DNA of 63,996 nt, filler included, from Octopus bimaculoides (taxonomy: Eukaryota): the NCBI RefSeq assembly GCF_001194135.2. It is 6 parts of 6 records of this genome, joined end to end, with 100 filler letters (N's around TTAATTAATTAA, not from the genome) between each part and the next. Parts side by side here need not be neighbours in the genome. Positions count along the whole stretch, not along the records: positions 1 to 26,909 come from NC_068987.1; 5 more parts are not named here. One strand, 5' to 3'. Position 1 is the first letter of the stretch; the number at the start of each line of letters is the position of its first letter. The notes below the pieces were generated by a model that saw nothing but the letters and a program-made list of their open reading frames with translations, ran no database searches and had not been told where the DNA came from. A program made the position numbers and the translations under genes. Shown here one piece after another: positions 12,358 through 24,799 of this stretch.

Positions 12358-13912
12358 AGGGGAAGATGGGGCAAAACAGACCCACAAGGGAAAAGTTCGA
12401 TATTTCTGTCAAAAATGCACACTTCTTAATGTAAATTGCTATGTGCATAGAGAATAGCCATTCATGTTTCTGTGTAGTATGGTTAATTGGAAAAAAAATC
12501 TTGCATAGATATGTGTAAAAGAAATTTTTATCAGACATGGTCCGTTTTGTGCCAGCACTGGGGCAAAAAGTTCTAGGTTGGACTGTTTTGCATCATAAGA
12601 ATGTTTGTTACATTTTGCCACATTCAAGTACATGCTCATGTGCATTATACTGGAATACATCTTTTATTTATAAAACAACTGAAAATGATATAAATGAAAG
12701 AAAATTATGATCATGAGAAATACTGTTTCCTGCTCTCTGTTTCCAGACTCATCCCACCCCTGAAGGTTCATGGTTTTTTTTTTTCTGATGACACAGAAAT
12801 AGGGGACACAATGTTCACAAATACATGTAAGGTCATCAATTTCAACTCCAGCACACCTTTCATGTTCCCATTCCCTGCACAGCTGGCATTCAATCCAGTT
12901 TTCTGTTGGGGGTTCTTGATAAAGTTCATCACAGAAATTGCAGTGGAACTCCTTGTGTGTTGTCTTTGATGTGCAGGCTGGTGTCTTCAGCACACTTCCA
13001 GGGTTCTGGTTCTTTGGTTTGCAAGCATTTCTCCTTGCTGTTGGTTTAATTGTTGGTTTTTTTTATGGCTTTAGCTGAGAGAGAGTCTTTAAAATTTGAA
13101 CTGGTGATGCACTTTGAAGTTTGAGCTCTTCTTTTTCTTGCTGTATCCTGAGTTCGTGGAACAGGCGACAAGGAAACAACAGAGATTCTTTGATGTGGTG
13201 AATTGTGTAGGCCTATCTCTGTGCCTTCTTGACTTTTCATCCATCTGCACCTTTGACAGATGGATCATAAGACTGGGCGGGTGCAGGATCTACTTGTGGC
13301 TGTTCCTGTGATGGTGCTGGACTTTCCTTAGAATCAGCAATTTCAGTGACTTCTGCCGAAATGAAATCTATATCACCAAACACATCCGGATTGTATGGCA
13401 AAATCTCAGTGCAACAAAATCCACTGCAGGCGTTCTGAACTGTTGCGGCTTGTATGAAGACCTGCCCCCAAAAGGCAGTAACTTTGAAGTCATCTACCCA
13501 CTGACCTGGGTGATTGATGATGCACTTGTCAACTTCCTGTTGATAAACAGTTTTGAGGGGCACAAAAAAGGTCCTGTCTAAGCTTGTGGCTGGTATGAGG
13601 TGGAATTGAAACCATGACTATGCCATGCTTGCGAGCAAGCTCGATTGCATCCAAGTTAATGTGACTAATGTGATTGTCCAAAAGTAGGAGAACTTTTCTC
13701 TCAACAGATGGATTTGTATGTTGAATGAAATGGCGTAGCCACTTAGAAAATGTTTCCTGATCAATCCATTCATTTTTGCTTCCATAGACAACTGAACCTT
13801 CTGGTGCTCCATGAAGCAGTGGGTTGGCTATGCGCTTCCTCTTGAAGAGAAATGCAGGCAGTATGAAATGTCCGGTGACACTCATTGCACGCACAGCTGT
13901 CACAGTTCGTCC
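12357..13912 (-). mobile_element. pogo-superfamily (DDE_1) DNA transposon remnant with a C-terminal PHD-like finger; N-terminus missing
   Basis: DDE_1 motifs (GHFILPAFLFK, WIDQETF.KWL.HF, LLLLDNHISH, IPPHTSHKL) and CNFC...WIECQLCREWEHERC...CEHC. Frameshifted. Putative terminus TA|GGGGAAGATGGGGCAAAAC at 12357. Confidence 0.85.
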
Positions 13913-15029
13913 TTTATATGAGACGCCATCACCTCCTGGGGCACTCTTTGCTCTCGCTTTTCTTACGAAATCATTCACCTCTCTCTCCGTGATGTCCCCA
14001 ATTTGGAATTGGATATCAGGTTCTGAGAGATGATTTAGCCCATGTAGCGGTGGCAGTGGCTGGTTACGGTGCGGATCGCTGTAGGTTTTTTTTTTGATAT
14101 GAGCGTCTAATTCTTCTTTCGTGCACGATACAGAACCACTCTTTGGTTCAGTGAACAGCTTCTTAGTAAACCCGTACGAGCCCTTCAGAAACTTCCCCCG
14201 AGTCCTTTTACTCTCCTTTCGATGCTCATATCGGCGGATATGTCATTGCACATAACATTTCCTTTTCAAATTGTTATACAGCAGCGTGAGGCCAGGTTTG
14301 TCATCTTCTGCAGCACATTTCCATCGCTTTCTTAGGCTGGTCTTTTCCTTTCTCAACTGTTTCATTTTCCTGATCCTCCTGTTTGGTCTACATTTTCCTT
14401 TCGCTAATCGGATATTCTCTTTCACTCCAAACAATTCCTTCTCTGTATCATAAATTGAGCTAGTTAATTTTCCCAGTTTCTCCGCTGTAGAGCCTGTCAT
14501 TTTATAAAGAGCTCGACATACTTTGTTTTCAAACTCTTTATCTTTCCATTTCTCGTTAGCAGCAGGCCAGAAAAACCTCGGTCTCCTCCGAGTACTACCT
14601 GATGCACCAGTCTTATGACTTGCAGTTTCCTGACAGAAAGAGGTCTTTGCTGTAGCATTTATCGATTCGCTGTGGTTTGCGTCCGGGGATGATTTGCCAT
14701 GTGTTTTATGATCAGATGATCTACACTGCTCTGTCTTCTCACAAGTCTTTCCCTGATGTATCATCAAGCCTTTCACAGCTGCAAAGGTTCTACAGCACAG
14801 CTTGCATCCAAAGTTGTTTGCACTTCGTTCGCTGTTCGAATGAATAGCCGTATTCGTATCCAAGGTCGTTTCCGTGTCAACTGGGTTTGATTGATTCTCG
14901 ACTCCCCCCTCTCGGTCAATCATGGGGCTGTCATTCTTATTTGTTTCTGTTACAACTAATACAAAGGCGAGGATTGTAAGTCCGCAGTCTTTGCCAGTCT
15001 CTCCTGGTGTCGATAGTCTTTCCAAGCAG
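13913..15029 (-). mobile_element. HERO-like (RLE-type, R2-group) non-LTR retrotransposon, N-terminal part up to just before RT
   Basis: N-terminal finger CKLCCRTFAAVKGLMIHQGKTC, then RFFWPAAN, YGFTKKLF..KSG...C.KEELDAH...YSDP and KSAPGGDGVSYK. Confidence 0.8.
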
Positions 15030-15407
15030 NNNNNNNNNNNNNNNNNNNNNNNNNNNNNNNNNNNNNNNNNNNNNNNNNNNNNNNNNNNNNNNNNNNNNNN
15101 NNNNNNNNNNNNNNNNNNNNNNNNNNNNNNNNNNNNNNNNNNNNNNNNNNNNNNNNNNNNNNNNNNNNNNNNNNNNNNNNNNNNNNNNNNNNNNNNNNNN
15201 NNNNNNNNNNNNNNNNNNNNNNNNNNNNNNNNNNNNNNNNNNNNNNNNNNNNNNNNNNNNNNNNNNNNNNNNNNNNNNNNNNNNNNNNNNNNNNNNNNNN
15301 NNNNNNNNNNNNNNNNNNNNNNNNNNNNNNNNNNNNNNNNNNNNNNNNNNNNNNNNNNNNNNNNNNNNNNNNNNNNNNNNNNNNNNNNNNNNNNNNNNNN
15401 NNNNNNN

Positions 15408-15840
15408 TATTGACCTTACGATGAGTTAGGCCTAACGATAATAGCAGTCGTCTCACACTGTGTCCTACAAACCCTCTACATCCAACTTCGATTGGAAAAT
15501 GCTCCGCTTTCCAGCCTGCGTCTTCACATTTCTCGAGGAGGTTTACATAACGGCCAATCTTTCGATCCTGCGTGTTGTCCATATTATCTTCATGAGGAAC
15601 CCTTAACTCGACTAGATTTACAACTTTCCTTCTTTCAAACCACATTAAAATGTCCGGTTTTTCCATAACTAGGATGGGAAAGAATGCCTGGCACCCAGGT
15701 AAATCTGCAGTCACTTCCCAATAGTCGTTCCTCTTTTCATTTCTCACAGGAAGTTTCTTGTTCTTTTTCTTGAAACGGATCCGCTGACCTGAGCGCACGA
15801 AAGTAATAAAATCTCTAGATGGTTCTTTCAGCGGTTTTTT
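15408..15840 (-). mobile_element. HERO-like retrotransposon C-terminal restriction-like endonuclease
   Basis: KPDILMW...VELRVPHEDNM...RK..RY..L..C...GW....PIEVGCRGF is a PD-(D/E)xK RLE signature. Confidence 0.85.
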
Positions 15841-16119
15841 TCTCAGTGTTGTTGAACATATTGAAGATATTGTTATTAAAACTAATAACAATAAAGCAGC
15901 CAGCAAGCTTAAACCAAAATAAGTAAAATATATATATAAATTGATGTTTTCATGTTTGGGATCTTTACTCGAAGAGTGACATTTTCTCCCCATTGAACTG
16001 GTGTCAAAGCTATATATCTTTAGGATATGTATACCACAAAGTAAAGTACAGATATCTTAGTATCAACTAATTTCACCTTTTGTGCTAAAAGCACTGAGGA
16101 CTATCAGCTAAGCTTACTG

Positions 16120-16837
16120 TATCAACTCTTTGCGCCTTTTCTGTCAAACAAAACCTACATTTATTGGATCCATTCATGTATGGCTTCTACTTTTCTATTA
16201 TCCATCTAATAATATATGGAATATTGTTTGTTTTCAGTGCTCAAATGTGGCTTGCCAACTTTTTAGCTTTACTTTTCTCACTATGGCAGAAGGATGCCAT
16301 ATAATTGGTATACCGTTTTTTAAAATTCCCGTTGTATAGTCCAATGTAGGTTTCCTTTTCAGTTAAATCACTGTTACTAATGTTTGCTGAGACCGCTGCT
16401 CTGTATACAGTAGACTTAGTTAGTATTATCAGCCAGATATTTTTATCAGATTCTGGTTTAGAATGTGTGTTATTATTATTTCTAAATAGTTTCAATTTAT
16501 TATTGTTATTATTGAAAAAGGGTTTAAACTGACGGTTACTTCCCCTATAATGTAAAGAAATGTTAGATTGTTTGTTATCGTCAATAGTTTTTTGATGAGA
16601 ATGATAATTGTATTTATCGTTGCTGTTAATATTAATATCTATATTATTATGGGTATCGATTTCGTAAGTGGAATTAATATAACTAACTTTTTCTTTATAT
16701 CCTGCTTTTAATAAAGCAGAGTTGTAAAAGTCAGCTTCCATATTGAAAATATTTTCATTTGTGGATAAATTTGATAATCTAAGTGAAATGTTCCTAACTA
16801 AATTTCTTGTTATCGATTTGGGATGATTACTAAATTT
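16120..16837 (-). mobile_element. Penelope-like element fragment (RT C-terminus plus GIY-YIG endonuclease)
   Basis: SNHPKSI..N...ISLRLS.LS.NE.IF, VYRA.V...YIGL...FKKRY.NY..SF and KPYMNGSNKCRFCLTEK. Confidence 0.85.
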
Positions 16838-17249
16838 NNNNNNNNNNNNNNNNNNNNNNNNNNNNNNNNNNNNNNNNNNNNNNNNNNNNNNNNNNNNNNN
16901 NNNNNNNNNNNNNNNNNNNNNNNNNNNNNNNNNNNNNNNNNNNNNNNNNNNNNNNNNNNNNNNNNNNNNNNNNNNNNNNNNNNNNNNNNNNNNNNNNNNN
17001 NNNNNNNNNNNNNNNNNNNNNNNNNNNNNNNNNNNNNNNNNNNNNNNNNTACACATACATATATATATATATGTGTGTGTGTATATATATATATGTGTGT
17101 GTGTGTATATATATATATGTGTGTGTGTGTATATATATATGTGTGTGTGTGTATATATATATGTGTGTGTGTGTATATATATATATGTGTGTATATATAT
17201 ATGTGTGTATGTGTGTGTATATATGTGTGTGTGTGTGTGTGTGTATATA

Positions 17250-17280
<31 letters not shown>

Positions 17281-17312
17281 GTATGTGTGTGTGTGTGTAT
17301 ATATATATATAT

Positions 17313-17348
<36 letters not shown>

Positions 17349-17359
17349 TCCTACCAGGT

Positions 17360-18902
17360 TAAAAGTCATTGATCGCCTTCATCTTCTTCCTGCTCACTGA
17401 GATCATCAAAGTCCTCTTCTTCAGTGTCCGAATGGAACAGCCTCTGGATCTTGTCACTCACTTCAGCCTCTTCATTGTCACTCTCACTTGAGCGCACCCA
17501 GTCCTCTTCATCACGCAACAGTCCAGCCTTTCGAAATCCGTTGGTGGTGGTGGTGGTGGATGTTTTGACACGGGCTCCACGCATTTAGGATCCACTGGCA
17601 GACTTGAGTGAAAGATGCTCTTTGCATGTGGTCTGTTTTGGTGAAGGATTTCTCGCTGCTCGTCATCCAATCCTCTCACTCACGGCACCGTGCCACTTTA
17701 AATGCTCGGTTCATGCTGATGTCTACTGGCTGCAAATACTTAGTGGTGCCCCGAGGAATCACAGCTGGAATTCAGTTTGTACTCTTGATGGCAACTTTCA
17801 CTGACTCTGTTATATGGGCCCTCATGCAGTCCATAATGAGCAATGCTTTTTGTGTGAAAATATCCCCCCTGTCACTTTGCAGAGCACTCTCTGAGCCAAT
17901 CCTTGATTAGGCTCTCCATCATCCAACCTTTCTTATTGACTTTCACCATGATTTCTTTTGGGAATTTTTCTTTTGGCACTGTCAGCCGCTTAAAAATCAC
18001 CATTGATGGAAGCTTTAGTCCGGATGCTGTGCAGCTCAGAACGCAGGTAAACTGTGTTCACTCATGGCCACTTGTTTTCAGTGTGATGGACGAGTCACCT
18101 TTTTTATTAACAGTCCAGGTGAGAGGCAGGTCAAAGGTACTTCATCCGTATTTATGATATTTTCTGGCCCGATGGAATTCTCCGCTATCTTTGTTTAAGT
18201 GAACGTGCAAAAGTTAACAAGTTTTTCCTCATAGTTGGGAGGGAGCTGCTGACACAAAGTCGTGCGTGCCCTGACGGACAGGTCTTTTCTTCTCATAAAT
18301 CTAAAACACCATGATGGCCCACCTCTAAAATCTTTGATTTTCGTTTCGGTGGTGATTGTTTTAGCGTTCAGTTAAATCTGCATGGTGGAAACACCACAGC
18401 TGCTTGCTCTCCTTGTGTTAACGCAATCTTCAAGAAATTTTTCAAGTTTGGGCTATCTGCTATGGTTACCTCTGAAAGCTTTCGTCGTCTTTTTGCACTG
18501 ACTCAGTTCTTCCTGCTGGCGTCTCCACCGTCTCACCATTGATTCATTTATGCCAAGTTTATGTGCAGCAGCTTGATTTCCTTCTTCAACCGCCAGATTG
18601 ATCGCCTTCAACTTAAAAGCTGCATCATATGCTTTTCTTCGAGTGTTTTCCATGTTGATGAGGGTGAATACAAATGACAGCTTTACAATACCGGTAATTG
18701 AATTGTGAAAGTGCTCTTGATTTATCGCGCAATTTCATTGGATCTCTGTGACCTACTCATCAATTTGATTGGTCTACTGTTGCGAGGCAAAATGTTTTAC
18801 GCAGCATGACAAAGAAAAAACATGCATTAGCCGCACCATAGTATTGGCCGCAATGTTCAAAGTGTGGGGAAAAAGTAGCGGCTTATGGCCCGGAATTTAT
18901 GG
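17360..18902 (-). mobile_element. pogo-type DNA transposon with BrkDBD, CENP-B HTH and DDE_1 (POGK/Passer-like), inactivated
   Basis: Begins MENTRRKAYDAAFKLKAI and includes GGPSWCFRFMRR, DEVPLTFD, KTSGHE..FTCVL and an acidic C-terminus. Terminus TA|CCATAAATTCCGGGCCATAAGCCGC at 18902. Contains stops and frameshifts. Confidence 0.9.
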
Positions 18903-19384
18903 TATATAGGCTGACCAGATCACAAACATCTGTGCTGTTTTATGACCCCATTGANNNNNNNNNNNNNNNNNNNNNNNNNNNNNNNNNNNNNNNNNNNNNN
19001 NNNNNNNNNNNNNNNNNNNNNNNNNNNNNNNNNNNNNNNNNNNNNNNNNNNNNNNNNNNNNNNNNNNNNNNNNNNNNNNNNNNNNNNNNNNNNNNNNNNN
19101 NNNNNNNNNNNNNNNNNNNNNNNNNNNNNNNNNNNNNNNNNNNNNNNNNNNNNNNNNNNNNNNNNNNNNNNNNNNNNNNNNNNNNNNNNNNNNNNNNNNN
19201 NNNNNNNNNNNNNNNNNNNNNNNNNNNNNNNNNNNNNNNNNNNNNNNNNNNNNNNNNNNNNNNNNNNNNNNNNNNNNNNNNNNNNNNNNNNNNNNNNNNN
19301 NNNNNNNNNNNNNNNNNNNNNNNNNNNNNNNNNNNNNNNNNNNNNNNNNNNNNNNNNNNNNNNNNNNNNNNNNNNNNNNNNNNN

Positions 19385-19424
<40 letters not shown>

Positions 19425-21368
19425 ATATATATGTATATATATTATTTTGTTTAAAAGAGTTCCAACACTGTTTTTTATGTTTTATTTATATTCTCTATCT
19501 GGATGGCTTTTGATGAACTTTTTCACATATTTAATGTCTCCCTGCTCACATAAAGGATAGTGTTGTTATATACTGAGAAATACATTATGAGAATAAATAA
19601 ATGTATTTTCAACTATTTAAAAGTTCTCGCGAAAGACATTTAAGGAGATCAAGTGGAAGCACTTTCAATGCACAGTCCAAAGAAGGGAAAAACGGAGGAA
19701 GAAAAAATCGCCACCGATGTCCATGAGGTTACATTGTATGTGAATGTCGGTGTGGGTGTTATTGGTGGCGAGAAAAGGGAAGGACGAGATAGGTAGAAGA
19801 AGAACGAGAAAAAAGTGGAAGAGTCACAGACAAATTATACTGATCTCCAATCAAGGTGCAGGAAAGGCGTGATCCAACAGGAACAGTAGTCCAACAGGAT
19901 TCGTGGTGTAGGAATTGCTGTTTTTGTAACTAGTGTTTTTGTTTGTTTGAATAGGCAAAGCATGTGTGTGTGTGTGAAAAATCTTACTTGTATAACAGTT
20001 GTTTGTTCAACCGTATTCTTGGGCTGGTAAGAGTCAGCAGTCGTGCTGTCTCAATTAGACAGATGACAGTCTTTGTAAAGTGTGGTATCTGACAGCAGCT
20101 GACTTAGTAGCACTGGTGTGGTGTCTGACAGCAACTAACTTTTCTTAGCCAAATGTCTTTTTATTTATAACATTTGGTGGTCACAGCGCTGACAAGTGAA
20201 GCTATGTCTGGCTAACGTTTCCTTGATTTATTGGTGTCAAAGTTCAAGTGTTTTGGCCATTAATTTTTGCCAAACATTTTCTTTGTCATTCGTTATCTAT
20301 AATGTCCCTTAGTTGAAATTACATACATCAGTAATTGTGAACTTCTTTCTATCAGTAATTTGTTGTGGTTTGTTTGTAAATAGCAATTCAAAACTTAGAA
20401 TTACAGTGAAGACAATAACATGGAAGTTAAACAATGGCGTGTAGTGGAGTCACCAAAATGTGGTATGTTTTTGTTTAGTGTCTGTGCGATAGGCATGTGT
20501 TTGCCTGTGAAATGACAAAGCGATAACTGATTTAACTGTAACATTTTTTTTATTTGCTGGTGTTAATAAATAATATTTGCCACTACATTCAATTTTGGCA
20601 ACTTGCTTCGAGTTGCTAGAAAAATGATGGAACCAGGATACATCTGGAGTTGATGTACCCTAAGACTAGATATGTTTGCGTGTGTGTGTGTGTGTTCGTT
20701 CTTTCATATTGAATAGCAGGCAACAGATCTCTATCTCATAGTAGCAGGACACTGGTTCAGTCTGCGCACATCAGTCTCCGTCTCTGTGTGTGTCTGTCCT
20801 GTTGACCACTCTATTTATAAGAATCGTGGCATCTAGAAGGACAGACATACTGCAGCAGGCTTAGTACCTATGTAGGCCAGTTGCTGTCCAGTTGAACTTC
20901 GCCTGACATCTATAAGGTCGAAGGTTAAAGGGAGATCATCAATCACTTTTTGACAGGACAAAGAAAACCTGCTTTTCGCGCCTGTTGATCGAGGTGTTTG
21001 GATGACCGAGAATTCTTAGATTCGGTTTCGAATCTAGGCTTGGAGAAGGAAGTGTTAATTTTTACAGGCGTATGAAAATTGAAAGTGTAAAGAATAGCAT
21101 CTGAAAGTGAAAACAAGAGATATAGATAGGGAGATATACGTAAAGAGATATGTTACATTACTGATGCTAGAAAACTGGAAGTAAATATTTTTAAATCTTT
21201 CAAAGATGTGAATGTAATATAAAAAGTAATATTTTATAATTTTAATAATTTTTGATAAAAAAAAATCAAATGAACAACCTATAATTTGTCTAAGGTCAAA
21301 TTATTCATGCATCACAAGTATGAAAGCAATTGGTGAAGCTGTTTTTGCATGAAAAGTGAATACGCACA

Positions 21369-21592
21369 CGTCTCTATTTTATATATTAGACTAGCAGAGG
21401 CACCTGGCGTTGCCTGGGAATGAAATTGTTGCTTATATACTGGAAGAAAAAAAAAGTAAAATATGGACTCTCAGATGAATGATGGCTGGGCGCCTCTCAT
21501 GAATGGGAAAATTGAAGATGCACCAAAACCGGGTTAAAGAAAATAATGTAATTTAAAAACGCCGCCTAGATTACGCAGGTCTCAACTGCTAG
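21369..21592. mobile_element. Helitron-type CTAG/hairpin termini in opposite orientations
   Basis: Minus-strand hairpin plus CTAG at about 21369-21430 (same as 305-354), and a plus-strand ctgCTAG|T at about 21586-21592. This may be one small non-autonomous element or the ends of two. Confidence 0.5.
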
Positions 21593-21939
21593 TAGCTGAG
21601 ATACCAACTTTCTACATTAATAACTCTCCAACCCATGCCAGCATGGAACATAGACGTTAAGTGAAATGGGAAAAGAATGTTGTCAACTCATATATGTATA
21701 TAAAGTAAATACACGTAATTCAAAAACACCTTTTTGTCTAACTTATTTCGTAACCCAAAAGCAGGTACAGATTACAAAACAATGAAAGCTGTGTGTAGAG
21801 TACACACACACAGCGAATATACCATGTTATTGTTTCACTTTTATATACACAGATATACATTCACGCATGTCAGTCGAAAAGTGAAAGTGTAATAGTACTC
21901 AATGGTTTTACATTTCTGTATATGACATGTACATACTAT

Positions 21940-22389
21940 TCATGTAAGTGCTTCTTCATATACTATGTTTTCTGTCTTGCCATGTTTATCACTGAGAATG
22001 TAGAGGTTCTTTTCATTTCCAACTCTAGAACATCCAACATACAGCTGACCACGTGAGAAGCAAGGTTGAAGGAGGTTAAGTCCCACCACCTTTAGAGATT
22101 GACCTTGTGCTTTGTTGATAGACATTGCAAAGATAAGTTTGACCGGAAACTGCAGTCTCTTGAACTGAAAGGGGAGATCATTTGAAATGAGAGNNNNNNN
22201 NNNTGTGGTGGAAATCCTGGTGGCTGAAGTGAATTGAGGAACTCCACTGGGTAATGCGTTGTCTGTTCTTGATCAGGGACAGAGTTAATTGATCTGTATG
22301 AACATTCAGGTCCTGGAAGCTGAGTTAACAAATTTAAATTCAGCTTGTCTACAGAATCATTCCTTGGTGCCAGAATTGTTCTTTCACAT
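21940..22389 (-). mobile_element. Helitron RepHel helicase C-terminal fragment (PIF1-like)
   Basis: CERTILAPRND, YPVEFLNSLQPPG, LPFQFKRLQFPV and AMSINKAQGQSL...FSRGQLYVGCSRV. Confidence 0.9.
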
Positions 22390-22983
22390 AGCCCTCTGCA
22401 CTAACTCCTTAATCCGGGTATGGAAAGCTTCACAAGCCAAAATAGACTTGTTCATTTTCCAATACCTGGGTCCCTGTCTATGACACTTATCCATATGTAC
22501 CTCACACGCCACAAGTTTGTGATCCGAGTAAGGGACAATGCAAAAATGTGGACAGCTAAAACTATTCTTATCTCTTTCCTTAACAAATATTCTATCTATG
22601 TACAATCTGAGTGAGCCGTCGTTATTACTCCACGTCCACTGTGGAACGCTTGGCTCATCCAGTTGGTAACGGTCTACTAGATTAAAGCTCTCTAGTAGAC
22701 CCTTGAGGCAAGAATTTCCTTTCCTATCAGTGGAGCCTACACTATCAACTCGCGCATCGAGAATAGTGTTGAAGTCCCCTAACAAAACTATGGTTTTAGA
22801 CGTCAATAGAAAGTACTCCAGGTTCCGAAAAAAATCCGACTGCCTCTGTCCGTTAGGAGTATAGGCAGCTACCAACCTGAAGGACTGCTTACTTTCATGT
22901 GTTACATCTAGGACGACCAGCCTACCTTCTGGGTCCAGAAAGACAGTACGTATCTGTAAATCCAAGTTTTTCTTGATGATGAC
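22390..22983 (-). mobile_element. L1/Tx1-type LINE ORF2 APE endonuclease, 3'-truncated
   Basis: DPEGRLVVLDV, LLGDFN, WTW, IDRIF, YSDH and YWKMNKSIL. Confidence 0.9.
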
Positions 22984-23974
22984 NNNNNNNNNNNNNNNNN
23001 NNNNNNNNNNNNNNNNNNNNNNNNNNNNNNNNNNNNNNNNNNNNNNNNNNNNNNNNNNNNNNNNNNNNNNNNNNNNNNNNNNNNNNNNNNNNNNNNNNNN
23101 NNNNNNNNNNNNNNNNNNNNNNNNNNNNNNNNNNNNNNNNNNNNNNNNNNNNNNNNNNNNNNNNNNNNNNNNNNNNNNNNNNNNNNNNNNNNNNNNNNNN
23201 NNNNNNNNNNNNNNNNNNNNNNNNNNNNNNNNNNNNNNNNNNNNNNNNNNNNNNNNNNNNNNNNNNNNNNNNNNNNNNNNNNNNNNNNNNNNNNNNNNNN
23301 NNNNNNNNNNNNNNNNNNNNNNNNNNNNNNNNNNNNNNNNNNNNNNNNNNNNNNNNNNNNNNNNNNNNNNNNNNNNNNNNNNNNNNNNNNNNNNNNNNNN
23401 NNNNNNNNNNNNNNNNNNNNNNNNNNNNNNNNNNNNNNNNNNNNNNNNNNNNNNNNNNNNNNNNNNNNNNNNNNNNNNNNNNNNNNNNNNNNNNNNNNNN
23501 NNNNNNNNNNNNNNNNNNNNNNNNNNNNNNNNNNNNNNNNNNNNNNNNNNNNNNNNNNNNNNNNNNNNNNNNNNNNNNNNNNNNNNNNNNNNNNNNNNNN
23601 NNNNNNNNNNNNNNNNNNNNNNNNNNNNNNNNNNNNNNNNNNNNNNNNNNNNNNNNNNNNNNNNNNNNNNNNNNNNNNNNNNNNNNNNNNNNNNNNNNNN
23701 NNNNNNNNNNNNNNNNNNNNNNNNNNNNNNNNNNNNNNNNNNNNNNNNNNNNNNNNNNNNNNNNNNNNNNNNNNNNNNNNNNNNNNNNNNNNNNNNNNNN
23801 NNNNNNNNNNNNNNNNNNNNNNNNNNNNNNNNNNNNNNNNNNNNNNNNNNNNNNNNNNNNNNNNNNNNNNNNNNNNNNNNNNNNNNNNNNNNNNNNNNNN
23901 NNNNNNNNNNNNNNNNNNNNNNNNNNNNNNNNNNNNNNNNNNNNNNNNNNNNNNNNNNNNNNNNNNNNNNNNNN

Positions 23975-24699
23975 TCTTGTTCTTGTTGTTGTTTTTTTTC
24001 CTCAGTGTTTCCACTCTCCACTTCGACGGTGACTGCTCTATCTTTTCCTTCCTCTTCCGCATTTGGAGGAGGGGCGTCACCTGCTTTAACGGTGTTTGGC
24101 TTTTTTTTAATACAGGCCGAGCGGACGTGACCCTTCTGCCCACACATGAAACATCTGGGTCGACGTCCCTCCACCGACACGCGGATGGTGTGCCCCTCCC
24201 CCACAAACACCCTATCGGGCAAATTTTCAAACGTGTTGTTTTCCGCTTGGACCACAATTTCTAGGTCTGGCCTCTCCAGCTGGTTGCTTCCTTTCTCTTC
24301 ATACTCAGAATATTTATTTTTTCTTCAACATCGAATATAACCGCTGCCGCCGCCCACGTTACATCGTATCTGAATGGTATATCCTCTATGGTTATCCGTG
24401 CTGTTTTTTTTCCCATGTAAGTGGGCAGTAACATAATTATATCATTTTTCAATGTTTCCTTTGATACCTCCCTCGCCACTTCAACCGAGTCAAAGTGCAC
24501 CTCAACCGTTGCACTTCGTACTCCGCGGTTGATGTGGCGGACCTTTGGCCATATTGGTGCCAGACACCTTTCAACCAGTTCGTTACGAACCTCAACAATT
24601 TTTTTCTCCTTTATGTTGTAGACCTTGTATACCACAATTTTTTCCTTCAGGGCATTGACAGTCTCGGGTGGTGGAATCAATTTGGTTTCACCATCCACC
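23975..24699 (-). mobile_element. L1/Tx1-type LINE ORF1 with a CCHC zinc knuckle (frameshifted)
   Basis: RRPRCFMCGQKGHVRSAC. It lies upstream of the endonuclease on the same strand, across a gap. Confidence 0.8.
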
Positions 24700-24799
24700 N
24701 NNNNNNNNNNNNNNNNNNNNNNNNNNNNNNNNNNNNNNNNNNNNNNNNNNNNNNNNNNNNNNNNNNNNNNNNNNNNNNNNNNNNNNNNNNNNNNNNNNN

